The notes under the pieces: model-generated
The model's input: only the letters and a program-made list of their open reading frames with translations
What the model was told of the DNA's origin: nothing
Databases searched by the model: none
Position numbers and translations under genes: made by a program
Shown here: positions 55,284-64,000 of the stretch, one piece after another
Numbering within the stretch: position 1 is the first letter of the stretch
Layout: every line of letters starts with the position of its first letter
DNA from: Paraspadella gotoi
Lineage: Eukaryota; Animalia; Chaetognatha
NCBI GenBank assembly: GCA_051294375.1
Contig: CM119263.1
Span: forward strand, 10,160,620-10,224,619
DNA: 64,000 nucleotides
Reading direction: 5' to 3'

Positions 55284-55859
55284 TTCGTCGTCGTCATCTT
55301 TGTATTATATACTTCATCGCCGTCATCTTATTATAACTTTCTCTGTTCCAAACTTCACTTTTCTCACCCTTTTTGTTTCAGAACCGCGACTTCTTCCTTA
55401 CCCACCCGATCACTTCACCATTCCATACGCTTGCCAAGTTCACTGTCTCATATGAGGCGTCCGAACGTCAATAAAAAAAATGGGGGAAAAAAGTTGAAAG
55501 TTAGAATAAAGGAAAAAAAGGAGAAATCGAAAAAATAGGAAGAGTTTAATAAAAAAAAGGAAAGGGGGAAAGATATGAGCGATGACGAGTAGAAATATTG
55601 ATAAAATTTGAGGAAGGAGAAAACGTTGATAAGGTGAACTTTAGAATAAAATATCGAGACAACGAAAGCAAAATAAGGAAGAATACGAAAAGTACATGTC
55701 AAAGGAAGAAGATTAATTTAAAAACTCAAAAGTGAAAAAGTGAAAAACTTTGGCCAAAAAAAAAAAAAAAAAAAGCGGAAGAAATCGAAAGGAGGACGAA
55801 TTTGTTTTGGCTCAGGTTTTCGTCAGGTTTGTGTCGTAGAAAAAACCTCCACTCACGTC

Positions 55860-55905
<46 letters not shown>

Positions 55906-56261
55906 AGGAAGGAGAAATGAGGAAGAAATAGAGGAGAGAGGTGAAGAGAGAAAGAGGGAGGGTGAAAAATAGAGAGGCGGTAATGGCCACTTTGGCTTCT
56001 ATATCCCTCTCCACTTTTCTTTTGTTTCCCTCGCTAAGCCGAGGCCATTTACGAGAAAGAGAGGGAAAAGAGAAATGGAAGAGTGACCGCTCCTTCCTCT
56101 CTATCTCCATCTCGCTGCTTTCTTTTTCTTTCTTTTTCTTTTCATCATATTTCTTTTGTTTCTTCTACTGAGTTGACATTTATTAACTCCCTCCGACAAC
56201 GCTAACGCGAATCATAACCTTCCATCTTGCGCTTTTGTTATTTTTTCAGTATTCCCTCTCT

Positions 56262-56322
<61 letters not shown>

Positions 56323-56606
56323 CTTTCTTTCTTTCGTTCTCGTTTTGTTTTTCATTTTCCCACCGTTTGGTGGCGCCTCAACTTGGTCCTCGATTCTCTA
56401 AATTTTTTTTATCTCTTTCCCTATCTCTCTTTTCCTGTCTCTCTCTTTTTCTCTTTCTAAGTCTCTCTCTAAAAAAATGGCGTGTTTGGTCTTTTTTTTG
56501 AAAAATAAACAAACCTTCGCTTCGCCTTTTTCTCTCCGTCATGTTTTGGTTTTAAATGAACCTTTGATTGTGCTCTCCTAACTCTCTCTCTCTCTCTCTT
56601 CTCTCC

Positions 56607-56637
<31 letters not shown>

Positions 56638-57057
56638 ATTCTCTCTCTCTCTGTCTCTCGTCTCTCTCTCTCTGGCTCTCTCTCATCGTTGTTATATTTG
56701 GTGAGCTAAACAGAAACACCAGCCGGTGGGAAGAGAGGAGGACCCAGAGAGAGAGAGAGAGAGTACTCAGAATTTTTCTTTCTCTTCTGTTTTGTTTTGA
56801 TTTTTTAAAAATCTCTTTACCTATTTTAATTTAGTTCTCATTTTTGTAATTTCAAATCTTAGTACCTGCCAATCAGTCAATCAGCAGGCCAAGCGCAAGC
56901 AGTCAACCAACCATCCTTCCCGTCAATCTGGACTTTACTTTTTTAATATTTCTTAATCTTCCTCCAACTACTCTTGCCTCAAACTTGTCTCGAGCCAATC
57001 GTCATTGTTGTCGTCGTCTTTTACCTCCTTCCCACGCATAAGACTTAAACGACTCAC

Positions 57058-57267
57058 CATTTCCGGATCTGAGTCTGTAGCGCGGGTTGTTGCCGACTTG
57101 GCCGTTCTTCGGCACGACGCAGTGGAAGCCGCCCTGCCCGAAGTTGCTGCACCAGAACCCGGCGCCCTGTTGATTCTCCACGAGACATTCCAGCGTCACC
57201 GTCGCTCCCGCGTTGACAGTTTGACTCTTTGGAGATCGGGAGATCTGTTGCTCTTGGCAGTTGGAGC
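57058..57267 (-). CDS. Kirre/IrreC-Rst/NEPH-like IgSF cell-adhesion protein, exon encoding the first half of Ig domain 1
   Basis: Acceptor cctttttccaccaaccag|GC and donor AATG|gtgagtc, phase 1 at both ends, 210 nt open. Translates (G)SNCQEQQISRSPKSQTVNAGATVTLECLVENQQGAGFWCSNFGQGGFHCVVPKNGQVGNNPRYRLRSGN. This follows the Kirre/Rst Ig1 pattern (PxxQTxxxGxxVTLxCxVxNxQGxxxW...RY), compared from memory rather than by database search. Confidence 0.85.
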
Positions 57268-57749
57268 CTGGTTGGTGGAAAAAGGAGAGGGGGGGTGGAA
57301 GAAAGTGAATGGACTGACTTCACGTTTCAATTTATTTCAAGTCAAGTGAAAAAAAAAGGAGATTTTTATTCGGATCTCAACTATCATCCGACCACCTGGT
57401 GGATTCCTGCCCCCAATGCTCAGCCTTAGGCTTAGGTTCACTTTTTATTATTTTGACTGTACCACTACTGGGACGTTTCAAAATCTTTTAAAAGAAATAC
57501 TGGAAAAGCTGAGAGCGAAAGAAAGCGATAGAGTTAAGGGAATCTCATTCGATTGTTACTGTCTGCGAACAAAAGGCTATATTGGCAACGACCGCTAAAA
57601 AAAAAGGGACCAGCTAAATCTATGAGGGACATGTCCATTTTCCTTCTCTCTTTTTTTTCCCCCTTTTCTTTTTTTCTGTCCTTTATTTCCGATCTCCCAT
57701 TTCTATTTTCGTACTTTTTTTGGGAGGCGCTTCTTTCCTTCTTTCTATT

Positions 57750-57754
<5 letters not shown>

Positions 57755-57837
<83 letters not shown>

Positions 57838-57838
57838 T
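57755..57838. repeat. (TTTC)n microsatellite
   Basis: Directly visible in the sequence. Confidence 0.98.
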
Positions 57839-58061
57839 CCTTCATATCTTTTTCTTCCTCGAGCGAAGGAGGAAAAGAAGGAAGGAAGCGAAAAGATTTA
57901 CAGGAAATGAATTTTTCGCCAGTGAGGAAGAGCGGAGTCGGTTTGGGTGAGTCGAGGGTGAGCGAGGATGGAAAAAGGTCAGGCGGCAGAAGGGGGGAAA
58001 GAAATTGATGACCGAATTTCGACAAAAAATCGATGAAGAAAATTAAATTTGATGTTGCAAT

Positions 58062-58149
<88 letters not shown>

Positions 58150-59681
58150 TTTTCGGTAGGAGATTCTTTAAGCTAAACAAACGATTGGCTCAAAAGAAAG
58201 ACCACCAGAAAAAAAGAAATTTATCTTCGACGGACTTTTTCTTTTCTTTTTTTTTTTTTTCGCGATGCCATTTCCCTTTCATTTTTTTCTGTTTCTCTTT
58301 TTTTTTTTTTTCTGGCGCTGACGTCCATTTTTTTTGGGTTTAGTTTTTTCCCCATCTTTTTACAACGTTTGTTTAAATATTTGAATACATAATTATGTAT
58401 ACACCAATATTTTTCTCTCCTTCATCCTTTAAGAATCAGCCCAGCCGCTACACTTCGCCCACATTATTCGTTCCAATTTCTTTCTAATCACCCCATCACC
58501 CCATCACCCCATCACCCTATCACCCCATCACCTCCCCCATTTCCCCCCCCCCTTTCGTCCGATTCCCCTCAGACTTCGCCCCTTGACCATCGATAATGAT
58601 ACAGTTCCCCTTCAGCCTTGAGCTTCGCTCCGATTTTTGGCTCCAGATTCTGCCAGGGGATTAGCGTCCGGGGAATCGGATCGCGGGGGGTATTGGGCTA
58701 AAGGAGGGGGTTTGGAGTTTGGGCTAAAGGGCATTAAGGGGACTAGTAGGGATCAGATGGAAGGGAGGTGAGAAAAAATAATTAGGCTAACGGCTGAAGA
58801 AAAAATAATGTAAGCTGGATAAAAAGAGCATTAAGAAGTCGGGTCCCTGAGAGGAGAAGGTAAGAAAAGTGTTAGAGAGTAAAAGTTATTGGCGTATGAC
58901 TTTGGAATGACTGGTCACTGACCACTGACCACTGATCACTGGTCAGGGATATGATTATATGATTATAAAGCGAGATGAGGAAAAAGAGATATTCGGAAAA
59001 AGATAGTTTTGGCCCCTCGTTCCGCCTCTCGGCTCGGCATGCGCGGTTGGACTGGTTGGTGCCCTTTTTTTTCGGTACAAACGCCATCTTTGATCAGATA
59101 CGCGTTTCCCTTTTGTTGTCCTCCGCTTTTTTTTTTGTCTCTAAACGGAAACTTTTTTCCTCCCAATTTTTTTCCTCCCTTTTTCTTTCTCTCATTTTTT
59201 TTTCGGTTTTGTTGTTTTCTTTTTTGTTTTTTGTTTTTTTCCGGTGGAACGCCTCCGTTTTTTGGCGCCGACCGTTTCTCTCTCCTCCTCAAAATTCCTC
59301 GCGTCAAAACAGAAAATAAAACCGGAAGAAAAAAAAAAGAGGAAACAATAAAAAAGTAATAAAAATGAAAGGAAAAGAGTCGGGTTAAGTTAGTATCCAG
59401 TGCGCGAAAGAATTTCGACAATTGCGCACAGACGTTGCCTTTTGATGATAACAGGGTGAGTAAAACGTTTCCAATTCGTTGCGGGAAGGTGATTTTTCAA
59501 TTCTCCAGTCGATAAATTTTATAGAAATTTAAAATTGTTATCTTTATATTAATTCTTATCTTTAACAGCGAATTTTAACTGTGAATGTTCACAACTGTGA
59601 AAACGCGGAAAATTTATTTTGGAATTCGTCGCTCGATTCGATTCGATTTTGTTTTGTCTTTTTTGTTTTGGTTCGACGATA

Positions 59682-59713
<32 letters not shown>

Positions 59714-61821
59714 ACAAAAGATGATAACGACGACGAGGACACGGCAACGACTCGAGCAACAGCAACGACGACAACAACAACAATTAGAGGACGGCGGAAG
59801 ATTTGATTCTCATCGAATGAAAAACGATTTAACTAATGGTCAAACTGGTCGAGGATCCAAATGGAAAGAGAGGGTGGAGAGGAGTCGGGGGTTGATTAAA
59901 AGAAAAATGGAAATATAATCGGAACAAAGAGGAAAGTTGGGGCGGGAAAATGGGGAGGAAAGAAGGAAGAGGAAGGAAGGAAGGAAAAGAAGGAAGGAAA
60001 GGAAGGAAGGAAGAAGGAAAGGAGGAAGGAAGGAAGGAAGGAAGGAAGGAAAGGAAGGAAAGAAAAGGAAGGAAAACGCGAAAAGGAAGAAGAACTCGAT
60101 TCCAATAAAGGACTCCAAAGGCTCCAAGACTTTGTTTGGTTCTCTTTCCTTCTTATCGCGACCGAAATCGAGACAGAAGAGGAAAGGAGGGAGAAATATA
60201 TGGAAGAAGGAGGAAGAAGGAAAAGCGAGGTTGGTTGGAGGAAAGGAGAGAGGAAAAAATGGAGTGGGGTGGTCGCGACGACCCCAGGACGGTTAATGGA
60301 CGCGCTCAAGCTTTTCGTAGGGGAGGTATCGGATAATAATAATAATAATTATTATAATTATAATGATAATTATAATCCTTATGGTTACAACGGTAACAAC
60401 GGAAACAACGATGTCTTTACGTTAATTATGGGCTGAATAATTATGCTTTAGAAATTGAGGTTTTTATTTATTTTCGAATTGTTCAATTCGTGACCATCCG
60501 AAAGATTACCCAACTTGAGCAATTGGACAGAACGTGGGAGAAAAAAGTTGGAGGAAGGTGGAAGAGACTGAGGTTGGGCGTCCAGTCTGGAGGTTAAGCT
60601 GATCGCGAGATGGGGTTTGGGCCGAGACTTTCGGCGAGAGTCAATTTTGGCAGGGAGACGAATCTAGAAGTCCAGGGTTGAAAGGCTAACGTCTTTTAGC
60701 CTTTTGTCAGGAGTCGACGAGGCGTGGGTCGTGTAGGTGGCGCTGGATGGCGAAGGTGGCGTTGGCAACGCAGAATTGGCGCCGAGACGAGAAGAGAGGG
60801 GAAGAGAGATCTTTTAAGTTTTGGTGAAAGTCTGGAAGGATATTTACACTGAGTGGATAAATCGGGGAAACTCGTCGTGTGTATAAATTACTAATAATTA
60901 CTAAATATTAATCATTACTAATCCTCGCTAGTTCTTCTTGAATTTTCGAAGAAGTGGATTTTTTCGACTGCCACGGTTCTCGTCGTTGTCGTCGTCGTCT
61001 CCGTCGTTGTTGTCGGCGTCTTCGTCGTCGTCGTCGTCTTTGTAGACTTTGTTTTGAAGTTATCTGGCGAAAATCTCTCTCACGATTGCAAACTAACAAC
61101 ACAAACCGCCATCCCTCGCACGTCAGCGTGCGCTCACCGACCCCATAAAAGCTAGCGCCCTCACAGCCACGCCCCCCTGAGAGGCATTGCGTCGCGACTA
61201 ACGTGGCATTCGCCTCGCGTCATTTGAGATTGGGACTGGGTCATTGACCCTCACGAGTCGACAGGAAAAACAAGAAAAATCTTTTCTTTTTTTCCTCTCT
61301 TGTCTTTTTTATTTATATTTTTTTTTCTTTTACTATCATCAACGTGGAACCAAAGGATGATGCGATTTTCTCCTTTTTCTTTATCTTAGCATTTCTCTAT
61401 AGCTTCTAGCTTAATAAGGAAATAAGGAACTCAGGAAAAGCTGCTTATAGCTTCTTTTCCTCTTCATAAGTTTTACTTATCCAGCTCTCTCTTCTAAAGC
61501 GAGACGAAATCTTTATTTCTTTCAATCTCTTTCGTTCTCTCTCTCTCCTCTCTCTCATCCCATCTCTCACTCTCCATCGTATCTGTTGGTGTCCTCGTCT
61601 CATCCAATCATCTCTCTCATCTCATCTCTCTCTCTCTCTCCTCTCTCTATCATCTCATCTCTCTCTCCGTCTCTTCTCTGCTCTCTCTCGTCTATTCTCC
61701 TTTTTTGTTTTTCTAATTTCCATCTTAAAATCTGAAGAAAACGATTTTTTCTTCTAAAACCTCAGAAGAATAGGCAGATGCAACAGTGAAGGCGGGGGGT
61801 GGGAGTGAGGGGTAAGGCGGC

Positions 61822-61913
<92 letters not shown>

Positions 61914-63047
61914 ACACGAAGCAAACAACAGAAAAAGTTTCCGAAAAAGAATCCAGGAAATCGCTCGCATCAGACAAACATTTTTTCTTTAATGTCTTTG
62001 GCGCTAACCTTCGCGTTTCCTGGCAGATAAAAAAAAAGGAAAAGGAAGGGAAGGAAAGATAAGGAAGGGAATTAAAAAGAAATAAATGACAGTGGAAAGA
62101 GAGAGGGGAGAAAAGAAGGGTCTCTGGGGAGGGAGACGGGGAGAGAGAGAGAGAGATGAGAGCAGAGAGAGAGAGAAGAGAGAGAGACGTAGAGAAGAGG
62201 AGAAGAGAGAGAGAGAGAGAGAGAGGAAGAGAGAGAGAGAGAGAGAGACGAGAGAGTAGGAGAGATGAGAGGGAAAAATCGTCTCTTCAAATCAAGAAAT
62301 TCCGAATTCTTCAACGAGGAATGGATATTGCTATTCTTTTTCCTCTCTCACTCATCTTACATTCTTCATTCTTCTCCTTGAGATGAGGGTGAGAGAGGAG
62401 GAGAGCAGAGAGAGAGAGAGAGGGAGAGAAGATGTAGTAGAAGGAGAGAGAGAGGAGAGAGAGGAGAGGAGAGGAGAGAGGGAGGGGAGAGAGAGAGAGA
62501 GAGAAACCGCTGGAGAGAAAGAGAGTCAATACATCTTTATCTCCCTTTTTTACTTCTAAAAAATCTGGAAATATGATCTTATTTGTTTGATATTTTATTA
62601 GATAATATATAACTATTCTGTATTCCAATCGATTTCACAAATTGCCAAAATGGTGAGGTCATTATTGGATCGAGCTTGGAAATTACGGGGTTCATGGGTC
62701 AATTGCCATTAATTGGAGTTGTTTGGTGAGGTTTGGCTCGAATTAAATCTCGAAAAGGAATGTGCTTCTGTATTTTCCGTTCGATAAAACTAACGAACAT
62801 GTTGGTTTTTTGTAATATAAACGAGATTCGTTTTTAAACAATTCAATTTAATCCATTCCATCGCGGTTTTAATACTGTCACGAGAAAACTCGCTTTGTTT
62901 TATTGGGATCGAACTAATTTAATTTTATCAAATTCTTTTCAGACGGACGTCACAATTCTCGGTCATTTCAAACGAGAGTGGAAACTTCACTTGAATTTGA
63001 ATTAAAGAGTTGGGAAGGAATTAATGGAAAAGTTCTGAGCTCAAGAG

Positions 63048-63084
<37 letters not shown>

Positions 63085-64000
63085 TTGAGGAAAACGACTG
63101 CGGGGACAAAAGACGATGGCGACGAAGTCAGCGACCTATAAGACAACCAGGCCAACAGAAAACGACAATGAAAGACGACGACATGGCGATTAAAAGCAAC
63201 GGCACAGATAATGACCCCGCTCTCAATGTTGATATTTAGGTGGACTTTTGTGACCGCAACAACAATAACGACAATGAGACCGACAACAACAACATCGTCG
63301 CCATCGTGCGACAGAAAAAGCGAATGACGCGAGGCTTTTGACGTCGATGTCGTCAACGACCTCCGTGCGACGAAGCGTGACTGTGGACGCTACGACCGAG
63401 ACGCCTGACGCCTGACGACTGGCGAGACTTTCTTTTGCTATTGTGAGATTAGGCGGGAGCGATTTAGAGCGATGAGTTGCATTTGTTAAGAGCGATCGAG
63501 TGGGATAAGTAAAATTAAGCAAAAGCGATTGGGAGAGGCTTAAGTCTCAGGCGTAATTAAAAATTAAAACTTGAAAGTGATTGAGAGCAACAAATGTTTT
63601 TTTTGGTTTTAAGTGATGAAAATGTTTCGCGGCGATTGTTAGCGATTACTTTATGGAGTGAAGCGAGAGCGTCGACCATAATTGCAATCTAGATTAAAAG
63701 GGGCGGTTCGAATGAAATAAAATTTAATGGTTTTTTAAATATTTATCGTTGATTCGCAGAAATAATAAAATGACTAGCGAAAAACCCAAAGTAAAGAGGA
63801 ATATATTTATGTACGAACGCAAAACAAAGAAAGGGAAAAAGAAATGAGACAAAAAGATAAAAAAAGTCATTGACAATCGATTCACAATTAAGTCGCAATC
63901 GATTCGTTGTTTCTGAAGGGGAAACAAATTAATTCTAACGGAAGAACTTGCGTCGGGAAATTCTCTGACTCAAAGCACTTGCACTCTTTCTCTCTTTCTT

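Larger units (their letters stand above)
49650..55563 (+). repeat. Direct duplication ~49650-51000 versus ~54110-55563
   Basis: Near-identical segments with matching ORFs (50534/55103, 50575/55147). The first copy ends at a 25-N gap. Confidence 0.92.

Noticed and set aside
60269-60727. VVATTPGRLMDAL (resembling DEAD-box motif Ib) and a downstream VDEAW at ~60713-60727
   Set aside because: There is no polypyrimidine acceptor before the first motif. The available donor and acceptor put DEAW out of frame, DEAW is non-canonical and is followed by a stop, and no other helicase motifs are present. Probably chance.
61130-61225. Candidate signal-peptide exon ending at a minus-strand GTGAGC donor
   Set aside because: The phase-1 frame has no ATG after an upstream stop and is not hydrophobic.
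63135-63184. Minus-strand MSSSFIVVFCWPGCLI as a first coding exon
   Set aside because: The donor (G|gtcgct) is weak and the hydrophobic core is short, so it cannot be supported.

Overview
This is microsatellite-rich eukaryotic (probably invertebrate) genomic DNA from a gapped draft assembly. I can support one gene: a minus-strand, multi-exon immunoglobulin-superfamily cell-adhesion gene of the Kirre/IrreC-Rst/NEPH type. Six exons (57267-57058, 44562-44425, 42021-41896+, 28280-28081, 413-85, 920-761) have phase-compatible GT-AG sites and encode Ig domains 1 to 4. The signal-peptide exon and the C-terminal exons are not identifiable here. Much of the window is redundant: direct and inverted, indel-rich copies of the same segments separated by 25-N gaps, which points to long-read gap-filling artefacts rather than real duplications. 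The redundancy is still informative. It exposes filled and empty alleles of a ~600-bp hAT-type MITE (TAGRGTGGAG TIRs, 8-bp TSD CTGCTCAG) and a ~500-bp foldback element present in only one copy. A HINE/DINE-1-like element, a 138-bp palindromic MITE and several minisatellites are also present. I found no convincing evidence of a novel biological system.
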